DNA of 64,000 nt from Pseudovirgaria hyperparasitica (Eukaryota): assembly GCA_010093815.1 (NCBI GenBank), contig ML996581.1; one strand, written 5' to 3'. Below the pieces are notes generated by a model that saw only the letters and a list, made by a program, of their open reading frames with translations, had not been told where the DNA came from and ran no database searches. Within the stretch, counting starts at the first letter, position 1. Every line of letters starts with the position of its first letter. The position numbers and the translations under genes are program-made. Positions 24,877 to 40,748 of this stretch are shown piece by piece.

Positions 24877-27229
24877 ATGAAGACGATTCTCTTGACTGCC
24901 GCCGGAGCAGCATTATCTTCAGCACGACTCCATTCAGCAAACATACCAGCATCAAGAGCCATCGCAGACTCAGACGAGCCATGTGCTGCAATTAGTGCAA
25001 TCAAATCATCCGAGCCCTCTTCCTTCCTTTACGATCCAGACCTTGCACTCGCTTGTCTTCACTCGGTTCCCGTGAATCAAGATGTGGACCCGCAGCTCGT
25101 CGATGAGCTCAAGGTCTACCTTGAGTTCCAGACCACGTTAAGCTATCTCAAGGATCCACCAAAAGGATACGATAACCCGCCTGTCGACCTCATGGGAGGC
25201 ATGGATGCTATCAAACAGAATATCACCAATGGATTCTACTATAGCGAATACGAAGTACAGATGGCTATCGCCACTCTACTGACCAGTGCGCATGACGGCC
25301 ACCTTGGTTTCCAAAGCGACATCTCAAGTGTCTTCAGCTTTGAGACAAGGTCTCCCTTGGTTTCTGCTTCACGAGATGGTATCGAGCTTCCGCAAATATA
25401 CGTCTGGGAGGATCTCATGTTCCCTTTCTTAGGCGGCGGCCCATCGTTTACCCCGAGTCCAGTCACCCGAATAAACGGACAGGACATCGAAGAGTATTTG
25501 GACGGCTTGATAGTACAGTCATTGCTCCACGATGCTGATGCGAGGTGATTTCATTCGACTATAGTTTGGCACTGGAACTAATTATGATAGATACAACGAT
25601 CTCTTTTACAGCACGCCAAGATCCTCAATACAGGGGGGTACGTTTGGATTCACCAGTATTGGCCAGTATGCCGGGGCATGGATCAATACTACGCATCTGC
25701 ATGGAACAATGACTTCCTTCCAAAACGTCGCTGTCAGCCACTTAGACTTCACTGGCGTCGAGGACGGTGGATCTTTCTACTCGAAGTTTTGCACTGGTCT
25801 GCACGCCGCGCCGCTCCTGGACCCTACTGACTCTTCTTTACACACGGGGACGGACTCGGAATCGCCAGAAGATGAGCCATCTGCCGTCACAACTCCTACA
25901 CCACGACCTACTGCTTTTGGCTACCCGTACCCGGTGGTTAAGCACTCTGGGAATGCAGTAGGCGGCTACTTCCTCAATGGTACTGATGTTGCCGTTCTGA
26001 GTATGCCGACGTTCACTGCGGGAGATACTATCTCCGATGTCCAAGAATACCAAGATGTAGTGACAACATTCATTCAAGAGGCCCTTAAGGATGGGAAGAC
26101 GAAACTGATCATAGATCTTCGCGGCAATGGCGGCGGCAACACTGTCTTGGGGTTTGATACCTTCAAGCAGTTGTTCCCATCAATTGAGCCATGGGGAGCA
26201 AGCCGTTTCCGAGCACACGAAGCATTCTTCCAGATAGGTAACCTGCTTGAACCGTACATCAGCGATGCTGCTCTAGCGAAATCTGATCCTGAGATGTATC
26301 GATATCTTCAGCGCAACTTCACAAACTACAACTATGTTGCAACCCTAACCGAGAACAACACGGATTTCGCATCCTGGAAGGACTACTATGGACCCCACGA
26401 ATTCAATGGAGATAACTTCACGTCACTCACGCGATACAACTTCTCAGACCCTGCCTCCACCTCGTATTTCAACTCCAACGTCACAGGCTACGACAATCGT
26501 ACCAAAATATTCAGTCAACAGCCCTTTGCGACAGAAAACATCGTAATGCTCCAAGATGGCTACTGTGCCTCCACCTGCGCAATCATTAGCGAATTGCTCA
26601 AAGAGCAAGCAGGCGTCAGAACAATCGCCATGGGAGGTCGTCCTCAAAACGGACCCATGCAAGGTGTTGGTGGTACAAAGGGCGCGCTCACCCTCAAAGG
26701 TTCCCAGATCAATGCTCAAGCCACACTCGCCCTTGCGAACTTGACCACGTCTCAGGATCAGTTGGAGGAGCTTCTGGGCACACCAATTGGCACTGTTGCA
26801 AATGCCCTGCTGCCACAGGTACGCTCGTATACCGGAGGCGCTTTCTTAGGGACCGGTCTGCAAATTAACGCTGTCGACAATATCAGAGATACCGATGTTG
26901 AAGGCCAGACGCCCCTTGAGTTTGTGTATGAGGCTGCCGACTGCCGACTATTCTACACGCTTAGCAGCGTCGTCAACGTTACCGCAGCCTGGGCTCAAGT
27001 GGCCAACGCTGCGTGGGGAAATGGCACCTGCGTGCCTGATAGCAAGTCGCCGCCTTCTAGCGTCACTGGGGGCCAAGGATCGGATGAACAAGAGGGTGCC
27101 GCAGGAATTGTGAGGCCTGGAAGTGCGGTCATAGCCTTTATGCTTGCGGAGCTGTTGCCCTTTTACTATGAGCCAATGTTGGTTGTGTTTGTTTGTAAAT
27201 TATCTTGCATAGCGCCATGTAGCATATAA
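24877..27229 (+). CDS. Secreted peptidase S41 family protein, possibly GPI-anchored (intron ~25544-25590)
   Basis: Signal peptide MKTILLTAAGAAL, FQTTLSYLKDPP, AHDGH, LIIDLRGNGGG, DGYCASTC, GGRP..GPMQGVGGTKG, PLEFVYEAADCRLFYT, hydrophobic C-terminus. Confidence 0.88.
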
Positions 27230-27482
27230 CGTAATCTATTGGCATAATATTCACCGAGGGGCAGCTGCTTAGTGACGCGGCTTGCCATCTTTTGTTAAGC
27301 CTGCCAGTGACCATAATTCACGCTAAGGGGTAATTGCCCAACTGTCCAATCATAGCATATTGATTCACTGTACAGTACATGGGCTTGAGATATACTCCAC
27401 GTCCAACGTTCGCCTCCGACCAAGATACAAGCCCAGAGCTTATTTCCTTTCCCCATGTCATATTAGCTGCCCCTGAAGCAGA

Positions 27483-27929
27483 CTAAATATGCAAAAGCTG
27501 TCCCTGCGGCGTCTGCGGATGCACCACCATTAACATCGTGATGCCCGAAAAGGGTATCACGAACTGCTTGACACGCGCCATAGTCGGCACGCGCGCCCCA
27601 ATCAAGTTCGCTTCGAGATTCATGGGCATGTTGGCCTTCTCCTGTGCGGAGAAGAAGTCACTGTGGTAGATGTCGAGATGGGACTGGCGGGCGGGGATGG
27701 TGCGACATGTTACCCGATTGTTGGGGTCTAAGGGGTAATGATTAGAATGAAAGATAATGAAGAGAGATACACATCGAAGTTAGCAGTTCGAGCATCCTGC
27801 CTGCTTACCGTTGGCATACTGGTTCACGATGTCGCATTGGCGTGCTGCGACGAGTTCGCGCTTGGAGTGGTCGTACTTGAGGATGCGCTCATGAGACCGG
27901 CGTGGGTCGGGATAGAAGAGCAGAACCAT
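27483..27929 (-). CDS. Putative 121-aa orphan protein, 2 exons (intron 27728-27808)
   Basis: The ATG has a good context. A GTAAGC donor, CTAAT branch and TAG acceptor are present, and the spliced frame stays open for 81 more codons to TAG. No family recognised. Confidence 0.5.
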
Positions 27930-28661
27930 GCTGATGATTTTATAGAATTTGTTGAGTGGACTAGAGTATGGAGAGCCTGGCTTCCCTTTGATATTCAGGT
28001 TCGTGGGAACTGGATCTCGATACTCGTCCTTGAAGCGATTACAGACAGTGGTAGGAATGTGGCTGGAAAACGAGAGCTTATATGGGGTCCGAGGAATGAA
28101 TCGAAAGATGTGAATCAAATAATGGCTGAGTGTATGGTTGATTTAGTACACCAACATTCACGCGCTGTATGCAGGCTGAGTGGTCCAGGTATCGCATATC
28201 GACTTAACTATAGAGGAATCGAGTTGACACAGAGATTAACGAGGTGACAATGGAGAGCGTCAACATCCATGAGAGCATGTCGAGCTCGAAAGGACTCGAA
28301 GGAATCTGCACAAAATCTTCAAAACAGTTTCCCTAAAGCGGAATGTGCGATGTGACGTCTCCCGTTCATAAGACAGCATGATGCTCTATTAACCACTATA
28401 TTACTCACAACATCGCCCAGGACCTTTCTTGATCGCCATACGTTTTCTCTGATACCGAGACGTAAAGCTTGGGTTTTCATGATAAGTCAATGTTGTTCAC
28501 GCCAAGTAACTTACAATGAGTGCTTTTCGGCATATCGTCGGTGATACCCATCACGTACTGCTAGGTATGTGAATTGACGCGATATAATATCACTCCCACA
28601 CAGCTTTCTGTCGCACTTCACACTACTGGAACCTTACCGCATTCGCATTCACCGATCCACA

Positions 28662-29296
28662 ATGGCTGACTCTGAGCTCTCAGCTTCAAATAACAGGCCC
28701 ATTTCGACAACGCCTATCCCACTCCCAGGTACTCTTGAAAGTCAAAGCAATGGCGAGCCCACCATGAATGGTGACAGTGCTCCCACTGTACAAAGCGGGG
28801 ACGTCGAGATGAAAGATGAGCCCATGATCGAGGTACACCGAACAAGCCACGCGTGAAGAGGCCGCATGCTCATTTTTTCCCAGTCTGCGCCCGCACCCGC
28901 GCCTACCATCGAGCCCGAAGCCGAGTCTACAGTGCCTTCGTTACAAGCGCAACCAGCACCAACTCTCCCAGCGATGACGGTGCCTACACAAGCTGCAACA
29001 CCGCCTGCTGTGACGCCGACATATGCTCGAAATTCTCCACACCCAGCGCCCCAAGTGAATATTCCTGCGCCGCCTGTGAATCCTAATCCACATGGGTCGC
29101 CTACGAGGGTATATCTAAATCAACAGGTCACGCCGTATCTGTTGGAGGCAATGAAGATGCTAGTCACGCATGAGTATGTGCACTGCTTCTAAAGTGTTTG
29201 GAGCAGCGCTGACAACCAACATGTAGACCTGAGAAACCTTTGAAATACCTAGCGGATTACCTTGCAGAGAAAAGCCGAGAGCTGGAGGGTGTGTAG
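28662..29296 (+). CDS. SDC1: COMPASS subunit Sdc1 / Dpy-30 motif protein, 3 exons
   Basis: Pro-rich N-terminus, then HGSPTRVYLNQQVTPYLLEAMK...EPEKPLKYLADYL. Confidence 0.88.
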
Positions 29297-29601
29297 TGCA
29301 TGAAGCGGCCAGAAAATGTGGGTGGCGAGTGTATCATTTGCATAGCATAGCGTAGGCGTTCATCATCTCGTGTCAGGCACCCGAAGTGTCACGACGCTCA
29401 AAATAGTCAAGACTTTCACATGCATAATAGTTTCATGGTGCAAATGATCCAGGATGTGCTTTGCGAATTATGTATCTTATTCACAATTCGATGGGTATGA
29501 CAACGGTCTTCTTCCGTGAGGCTTTTAATACACCGTCACGTCCATAGTTTTACGCCCTCGATGCTCACTGATTTCCTCCTCGCCATTCGCCTTGAACCCA
29601 T

Positions 29602-30282
29602 CTATGAGACCATGGTGCTGGCAGTCGCGCTCTCGTATCTCCAGGTAGGAGGAAGAGCACCGACAGTCTTGTAGTAGCGAGAGAGACGGTGGATACGGGA
29701 CTCGGTCAAAATGAGGCGAAATTTGCCGTCCTTGTCCTTGCGGTTACGCTCAAGATGCTTGCGGATGGCAACGGCCTATATATATTGTGTTAACGTATGT
29801 AAAACCCAGATGCGTTGGGCGTGAGAACTGACCTTCTTGATCAACATGTAAAGATCTTCAGGGATTTCTGGAGCGAGGCCTATATGATCTCTCTGTCAGC
29901 CTTGACCAAGCAGAGGAAGAATTTATATTGCGCAGCAAACTTGCAGTTTGTTCAACTAGCAAGCTGCAGTCGACTTGCGCATGTAGGGACTATCGTACCC
30001 TCGGACTTCAGGATGCGGAGAATCTTGTTTCCTGAGGTTCTATTAGTTTAGTCCATAGTAGCTTCAAAATGATGACATACCGGTCACGATCTTGACTTGC
30101 GCAACACCATGGGCATCCCTCAATTGAACACCGATCTCTGAGGGTCTAGCACCCTTTCTCGCGGCCTTGCAAATCATGTCCACGACCTGGTCGGGGCTGG
30201 TTTTCAGCCATGCTGGAGCAGTGCGCGAGTATGGGAGAGCGCTCGAGGATATACCCTTTCCGTTGGAGTGAAGACGACCCAT
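29602..30282 (-). CDS. RPS13: 40S ribosomal protein S13 (uS15), 4 exons
   Basis: [67 protein letters not shown]. Confidence 0.97.
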
Positions 30283-31536
30283 TTTGGCGTTTGGGAATCG
30301 GGATTTTTGTCGACGGTGGTGATGTTGCGTTAGAAAGAGAAGAGGTTCGCGACGCAAATTGGAGAATGTGGGTGTGCTTGGCGCTCGCTTGCGAGTGCAC
30401 GGACCGTCACGTCCAAGCTAAGTTCAGAACTTTTTCCTACAGCCCGTTCTCAATTCCTGAACCACAAACTTTGTGACAACGATCTTCTCTCCCCAAATCT
30501 ATGTCTCGTTACAGCGCCGCTCTGACATGCTCTTGTGCTTAGCTCACGGTACAATCTTTCCGTTGGGTCTCTCATGACATGTAGCACTGTAAGTCTAGAA
30601 CACGTCGCTTCTCTCCCCTTCCTTGAGCCTATGATGATACTTATTTGATACATTTTCTGGTACCTCTTATGCTAGCGGCTCTATTGCTGCGATGATCTAA
30701 AAGGACTTCTGAACAGCTCTATATAAGCCTGCACAGTGTTTACATTGTTTGACGCGCACCCACTGATTTGCATAATAGGAAGTTTTTGCCCTGTTACGCG
30801 GCGCGTGTTGTGGGGATCTGCAGCCTCAGGCAGCCTTCCGAAATTGAGACTGGCAGAGATCCTGTGCTTACAGCAAATTGAGACATACAATCGCAACTAT
30901 GCCCGTCAGCACCTAGATTCCTGTCGATAGATGTCGTTTCAAGTCTTCGTCTAGGTAGGCTGCCTCGGTCTATCATGACCGCCAACAAAGGTAAGTAGGG
31001 GTAGTCCGCCCCACAGCCGCGTGTGCTCTTGCGCGTTTGTCTTCCACCATCCCAGACTCATTGAATGGGATGAACCACAACGTGATTCGACTCTTGACTA
31101 CTCTTTTTCTTGGTCGATATGTAGAGGAATCGGCGATAGCTTTGGATGTCGTGAAATCGAAGTCGGTCTACTGCCTTACAACCTTCGTGGCCATGGCAAC
31201 AATACCTATCAGTATTCTCCGATGTGTCTTCTTTCATTTACAGGTACATATCTAGCAATTCTACCGCGTGTTGGCGCTATTTCCACATTCCCACATTTGA
31301 GATTGTGGGTCATAGTTCGACTTGCCGCTGTTATATTCTTTAAGTGACAGTTACATTCCTCTCTTTAAACAAAGCCGCCTATCCACCCCTTTCTTCTGCA
31401 CGACGTTTTAAACTCCGACAAATCATCAGTCACTCACCTCGACATTTGCGATACGCATCTTGCACCAATACTCGAATTCAGATTCACTTACTAGTTAGAT
31501 ACACAGCAAACACTGTACAAGCGTTTCTGTATTACT

Positions 31537-33096
31537 ATGCGCCAACAAACGCTCTTATTAGCACTCGCTATCGCACATGCTGTCTATGGTGCTACCAGTA
31601 ATGCCCTGTGCAACATAGGGGACACATATGTCGCTGGAAATTGGTACTGTCAAGAAGTGAAAAAGATAAGCTATACTGGTATCAATCAGGTAATATGCTT
31701 CAGGTCTCTCACTCTGGACATGCTGACCACATGTAGTCCGGATCTTACAAAGCGACCACTGCAATGGACGAAAATACTGGTGTCTGCTCAAGGAAGGACG
31801 TGTCCTACTCCGGCCCGGGTGCACCATTAGACGGAGAAGTACGTGCCAATGTTGAACGTAAGGTCAGGCATACTCACGAGGACTTCGCAGGTATCCATCC
31901 ATCTGAGAGGACCCCTCAAGCTATCTCAGTTCGCTGCGTATACTATGGGAGGTGGCTCATCAGCCTCGCGCAAACAACGTCGGCATGGTCATGGTCATGG
32001 TCATGATCATGGTCAATTGCATAGTCGTCATGCTGCTAAGCGAGCTGCGGGGGACCTTGTTACAGCAGTCATCAATGGACAGACTGTGGTACGGCATACA
32101 TCTTTCCGTATGGCGATGTGCTTTGGAGCTGACAAGTTGTAGACCTGGGCTAAGGGGTATGACTCCACCGCCACACCCGTAGCAGGCCAGCCCGCTGCCA
32201 ATGTAAATACGGTTGAAGCGGGCACGCAGACCAGTCCCGCTGCCAGTGGAAGCACGCCCGCTACTCCATCTACAAGCATTGGAGATGGTAAATGGGGAAG
32301 GGTTGCCTACTATTCAGTCAATAGTAAAGATTCAGCAGCAGGCCTTGCTTTCCTCAATAATCAAGGGTCTAGTTATGCATCTGGTACCTGGTCTAGGTAA
32401 GTCATTGTCCTACGAGAGACTGCGTATATATTGTCTATTAACGACTTGTGTAGTACATTCGGCAACTCTGCATCTTATGCTTCGGAAGACGGTACGACGG
32501 CTGCGAAGTCGTCTACGCCATTTGGTGGATCACTGGCGACATCAGCAAACGAGGTCTTCATAATGACCGACAAAGTTTGCAATGGAGATGACTGTGGTTT
32601 CTATAGACCAAACAGTGTCGCTCATCATGGCTTTAACGGATCATCGAAGGCTTTTCTCTTTGAGTTTCAGATGCCAGATAACCCTTCGGGAGACAGCAGT
32701 GGTTTGCCGAATGCGCCTGCAATCTGGATGCTAAACGCGAACATCCCAAGAGTAAGCCAATACGGTACAGACTCCGCTACCAAAACATCCTGCTCCTGTT
32801 GGGACAGTGGCTGTGGTGAATTTGACATCTTTGAAGTCCTCTCTGCTGGAGACAAGAGATGTAAAAGTACTCTTCACAGGCAACATAACGCCCAGGGGGG
32901 CGATTCAAATTACTTCAAGCGACCAACGGATGCTCCAGTCAAGGTCGCTGTTGTGATGACGGGAGGTAACTTCATTATTGCAACGCTCAAAGACGACGTC
33001 ACTTTCGATGAGACATTCGAGTCAAGCACCATGCAATCAATGCTGAATGCCTATGATAACCCCAACCATCAATCAGTCTTCGCTATTGTTCGTTAG
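31537..33096 (+). CDS. TOS1: Tos1/Pga52-like secreted cell-wall glycoside-hydrolase-like protein (DUF2403+DUF2401), 5 exons
   Basis: Signal peptide, GNWYC..V, YSGPGAPLDGEVSIHLRGPL, CGFYR, AFLFEFQMP, PAIWMLNANIPR, CSCWDSGCGEFDIFE. Confidence 0.85.
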
Positions 33097-33822
33097 CATG
33101 CGACGGTAATCCACTTCAGGTCCATGGAATTGAAAAGTCTCGTCCTCCTAGGACTATGGCCCCTGTTTAACAAAGAAAAGAGAACTGTATTTTACGTTGT
33201 CTTGTCACTCCTTTTCCATGTTGGTGGAGGCGCCTATAACTTTTCTGATACGAGTTGTGAGTTTGTTTTATCGGCGTCGTGGCATGCTATTTGGGACCAT
33301 GTTTGATAGTGCTGTTAGCGAAGCATATGGAGACCGGTTTTATGATGTGTAGTTTACTCGCGAGATTTAGAATGTAGGAGAAATTGAATCGTATGCTAGG
33401 AGATATCTGAAGCGTCGAAGCAGAAAGTGCCAAGATGTCGGTCGTGCTTTGAGGTTGGTCACGCCGTGCCGAGGCAACTGACAGAAATCCATGGATTGAT
33501 CCCTGTTCACGCCTAGGCTGGGCTCACACACTATTACTCCACCTTCTCGCCGCCCTACATGACACGACCATCATACCTCTCCTGACATTCCTTGAAACCT
33601 CTCTTTGCCGTCGCAACCCATACATTACTCTCTCTACCTTGCCACGAATCTCGTAACGAGTCTTGCAAACGACGCAAAGATCTGGTGCACCCCGCAGATC
33701 ATTAGCCCAGCCCTTAGCCGAGATCTAGCCTGACATCACTGCGCAAGCAGCCCTCAAGGACCTCAACCACCGATAGGCGTCATCATCGATGAGGCATCTC
33801 TAAGACTGCGCACAGTTCACAG

Positions 33823-35254
33823 ATGGCTTCACCGCCAAAACCGTGGGAACGAGGTGGCGCTGCACAATCTTCAGCCGGTAAGTTACCGCGAGCACCACAA
33901 TCATGTGTTGATCCTAAGTTCCTTGATAGTCATGGCATCAAACTCTGGCTCTGCGCCCTCTTCAGGCGCATCGACCGCCTCATCTTCGTCCTCGAACCCA
34001 CCGACATTACCCCCTCGGCCAGATTCCCTAACTGCCTCCGCGAATCAGAATGCTTCGAATTACTCAGCCATGAACGCCAATAGATATGGTTCATCAGGCT
34101 ACGGATACGGCAGTGGCTATAGCTCGGCATACTCATCACCATACTCGCGGTTCGGTGGTGGTATGGGCTCTATGTATGGTGGCTACGGAGGCATGGGTGG
34201 AATGGGTGGAATGGGTGGCATGTATGGGGGCATGGGTGGAATGGGAGGAATGGGGGGAATGTATGGCAATCCGAACAACCCAAACAGCTTGACGCAATCA
34301 TTCGGCAACAGTACGCAGGCGACCTTTCAGATGATTGAAAGCATCGTCGGCGCCTTCGGTGGTTTTGCACAGATGCTTGAGAGCACTTACATGGCGACAC
34401 ACTCGTCATTCTTCGGTGGGTTGAGTCGATTAAGAGTAAATTCGTTTACTGACTATCATACAGCAATGGTCTCGGTTGCTGAGCAGTTTGGGACCTTGCG
34501 GCAAACGTTAGGGTCTGTTTTGGGTATCTTTACGCTCATGCGATGGATTCGTGCTGGTCTTGCAAAATTAACAGGTCGACCGCCACCAGCGTCGTCAAAA
34601 GAACTAACACCATCGAACTTTGCGGCGTTTAACGGTCTAAGCCCGGATGGATCGCCTGCACCGCCACGACCGTCCCGGAAGCCGTTCATCATGTTTATGC
34701 TAGCCATTGTTGGCTTACCATACCTGATGGGCAAGTTGATCAAGGCACTTGCAAAATCGCAGGAGGAAGAAGAGAGGCGACGTATGGAGGCAAACTCGCA
34801 GCTAGCTCCAAATCAGCAGATGGACCCAAGTAAACTTGACTTCTGCCGAGTCATGTATGATTTCACTCCGGATCCGAACGCGAACTCGATTCACGGTGTT
34901 GATCTTGCCGTCAAGCAAGGCGATCTTGTCGCTGTGCTAAGCAAGACTGATCAACTTGGCAATCCTTCTGAGTGGTGGCGATGTCGAGCACGAGATGGTC
35001 GCATGGGCTACCTCCCAAGCCCATATCTGGAGTCAATCCAGAGACGACAGCCTCAGGCTCAAATCACAACGGGCAGCGACAGTGGTAGCCCAGCCGGTAG
35101 TCGTGCGCAAACTTTGACTAGTACGATCGCCAGCAGTCGCGCTGGTACCATGACAGCGCAAGAGCCTGTTCTGGCTGGCAAGCCGCCACAGGTGTCTAGC
35201 AAAGCCGGAGATATCTCTGTTGAGAGTTTTCAAAAGGGACAGTTCTACTCATAG
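33823..35254 (+). CDS. PEX13: Peroxin 13 (SH3 peroxisomal docking protein), 3 exons
   Basis: MASPPKPWER, YG/MGG repeats, STQATFQMIESIVGAFGGFAQMLESTYMATHSSFF, SH3 FCRVMYDF...EWWRCR...GYLPSPY. Confidence 0.96.
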
Positions 35255-35983
35255 GTTTGCAGCGGGGCGCAAGGTAGGCGTTTGTGTGGGCGCGTAGGCA
35301 ATTGCCATCGATTAGTCGGGTGATCATTTGAGATGTTGGATATGTGGCACCTAATCAAGACAATGAAACAGAGGCGCATTAGCATTCTTGCCTTGATGTA
35401 AAAGTACCTGCATACAGGCCAGGGCGATCTGATGTATGATATGAACCTGTTGAATGGTCTTGATACCAGAAATAAGCAAACTCCAGATTTAGCGAACTCG
35501 GTGTACTAGCTAATTATGGCACCCAAAAGAAACAACAAAACAGCTACGCAGTGACCTAAATCTGAACCCTGTTTACTACATTGTTATATGTTTGTGTTTT
35601 GTAGTCTTGAAATGCACGTGCGTATATCACAAGCTACATCGAACGACTACCGTAGTTAGCGTAGACCCTGAGACTTTCCGTGCCCAGCTGCAGGGTGAGT
35701 GTGAGCTCCAATACGGTGAATCGCTTCCGACGACTCGTGAGTGTGAGCCCTCCACATGCGCAACAGTATATTTTCCTTAGAACGAAAACATTCTCCTCTC
35801 TTACGCTTGAACTTCTCTTTATTGGCGACACCTACGAAAGCTCCGACAGCTTTCAGCTGTTCTTATCACCTATTTTTCTTGACTGGTTGACCCCGCAAAG
35901 TTAGCCTTACATATAGGTACCATCGTACCCTAGATACCGGTTTTGTCTTGTCGTCCAATCTCTCAGCTCTTCACATTCACAGA

Positions 35984-36668
35984 ATGAGTGCAGCACGCCG
36001 ACTAGCAAGGGTTCGTAGGAATCTTGCTACATCCTCGTAACACTGCAGAACACTAACGCAGGCACAGGAGCTCACGAAGGTACACGCGATTCCATCCTCA
36101 ACTGTCCCAGATGGAAGTTCAATGTTGATCGTTGATAGCTTCACGAACACCTACCACCGGGTATCAGCGTTGCTCTTGCGGAAGGCTTCCAGGAATGGCG
36201 TATGAATATCAAAGTCCTTGACGACAACCCTATATACGCCGGAGAAACCTATCAACTACTATTCAGATTCGGAAACAGCTATCCCATCGGTATGTTAGAG
36301 ACTAGCACCACTCTTCCCGCCCCAAGCATTGAGATTGCCTATCTTTGGTAATCTTCTGCTTTGTTTCAATTCCAGCTAATAACCATGTTTGTCGTGTAGA
36401 GCCCCCCGAAGTCGTCTTCAAGCAGACCCCCGAACATCCCATTCCCCTCCATCCACATGTCTACTCGAACGGAATCATATGTCTTGATCTGCTAGATCGC
36501 CAGGGGTGGAGCCCTGTGCATAACGTCGAAAGTATCTGTGTAAGCCTACAAAGTATGCTCACAGGCAACACGAAAAGAGAGCGACCACCTGGCGATGAAC
36601 AGTTCGTGCGTAGTAACCGGTCGCGACCACGGGACATCAACTTTCTCTTCCACGACAATGATGTATAA
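35984..36668 (+). CDS. Ubiquitin-conjugating enzyme E2, UBE2W-like; 4 coding exons including a 12-nt exon (36068-36079)
   Basis: MSAARRLAR|ELTK|LHEHLPPGI...YPI|EPPEVVF...HPHVYSNGIICLDLL...WSP...SLQSML...RPPGD...FLFHDNDV. Confidence 0.88.
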
Positions 36669-37202
36669 TACGAGGAGAACGGCTGTCGGCGTTCGGGTCA
36701 CTGGGAAGTGAATGGTACATGGGATACAATTGAGCATTGCATAGCACTGGAGGCGCATTATACTCGTCTGAAGAGTTGGGTATCTCGAGTTCTTAAAAAT
36801 TATTACTGGCAAGGACTTTGTGATCCATACCAATGCTATTCTCACCTGGGCATCTGAAGTCTATCCCACTCTGAATTCCCTTTCAAATAATGTTTTATCC
36901 CAGTCCAGAGGAGAGGTGCAAATTTTACAGAGAGCCGGATGCTGTTTACAAAATCATTTCATCCGATGGTTTGATTATTGAATGGTCGTGCGAGGAGTTG
37001 ACCTTAGAAGATCCGAGGATTTGCCGTTATCGATTATCGGCTCGCCTCGACAAATTTAGTGGAATGCGCGAAAGGCGGTGGGTGCGTAAATTTTCGACGA
37101 GCTCACCCAAAATTTACACTTGCGTTTCTCTTCATACCTCTCCTCCTCACACCTGCTCACCATTCTTCCACCATCTCCTTTCCCCCCGCCAATACATCAA
37201 AT

Positions 37203-39468
<2,266 letters not shown>

Positions 39469-40084
39469 ATTGAACTGAAAAGCAGCAGCAGAACGGACGG
39501 CTAGGCGTGGTACAGAGCATGTAGTAAATGGACTGCTTTTGAGAATGTACGTAAGGCATACGATACGGGGCGAGAACAAAATGTGCACGGATTGCAAGGA
39601 ATTTGCGGAAGGTGCTGAATTGGGATGGATACAGGGCATGCAATCCACGGACCAGATCAGGTCTTTTTCTCTTGAGATGTGAAGCGGGCTGGCTGGCCTG
39701 AATGTATTTGATTTGATTGCACACGCACATGAGTTGCACCCGCGGCTACTGCTCCCCAAGAAAAAAAAAGTAATGCTTTCCTTCGTTCTTCCTTCCTTCA
39801 TTCTCCTGCCTCTTCGTCGTCCCCCGAATTATCCACATAGACTCCATCCAGCAACATAATTTGATACACCCACGCATTTCTAATAAAAAAAAAGGAACCT
39901 TCAAATTCATCACCCCTTGCAACTATGTCTCGTCTCGCTCTACATCTACTCTACCGCCGCCCCTGTTAATATCCCGCCCGCCGAGACGGTGGAGTATACT
40001 TATGTACACCATTACTCTCGAAGTATCTCCTTTTCCAAGTGGCCTGAGGTTGTATATATGTATGTGTATATGTATATATAGGTC

Positions 40085-40170
40085 TGTGATTTGTGATTTG
40101 TGATTTGTGATTTGTAATTTGTGATTTGTGATTTGTGATTTGTGATTTGTAATTTGTGATTTGTGATTTA
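40085..40170. repeat. (TGTGATT)n heptamer tandem repeat, about 12 copies
   Basis: tgtgatttgtgattt... with two TGTAATT variants. Confidence 0.9.
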
Positions 40171-40409
40171 TGATTTTAATTGTGTGAGTGCGTGTGCGTG
40201 GTGGGAGTGTGGAGTGTTTCATTTTATGGAGGGAGATTGTGGGGGTTTGTGTGTGAGTGAGTTGGTTTCGTGGGTGTTTGTGTGTGGGATTTTTTTTGGG
40301 GGTAATGTTATTGTGGTGATGACTGGTTGGTTTGGGTTGGGTGGGTGGGTAGATTGGGTTGGGTTAGATTGGGTCGGGTTGGGTGATTGGTTGGTTAGTT
40401 AGTTTGTGG

Positions 40410-40512
40410 GGAAGAGGAAGGGGAAGAGAGGGGAAGAGAGAGGAAGAGAGAGAAGAGGGAGAAGAGGGAGAAGAGGGAGAAGAGGGAGAAGAGGGAGGAA
40501 GAGAGAGGAAGA
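40410..40512. repeat. Polypurine tract with (AGAAGAGGG)n units
   Basis: About 100 nt of pure A/G. Confidence 0.9.
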
Positions 40513-40748
40513 GATTTGTGTGTCCGGCAGTCTTGATCTATGGGTCTTGGGTGCTTGTTTAGGACTAGTGGTGGTGATGGTGATGAAGTGATAGTAATGG
40601 TGATGGGAAGAGGTCGGGATATGTCATGCATGGACCTGACATGTGTGATGAGTTTTGTGATTGGATAGAAGGACGCAGGATGGGAGGAGTGTTAATGGTG
40701 GGATGGAAAAGGATAAGGAGGAGATCTTGTTGCAGAGATAGAGGTGTG

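Noticed and set aside
30975..31255. ATG followed by a perfect GTAAGT donor that could join a 72-aa ORF upstream of TOS1
   Set aside because: No clear branch point and the product is unrecognisable.
40085..40170. Heptamer array as a telomere or CRISPR-like repeat
   Set aside because: Not TTAGGG, has no spacers and is internal; an ordinary simple repeat.
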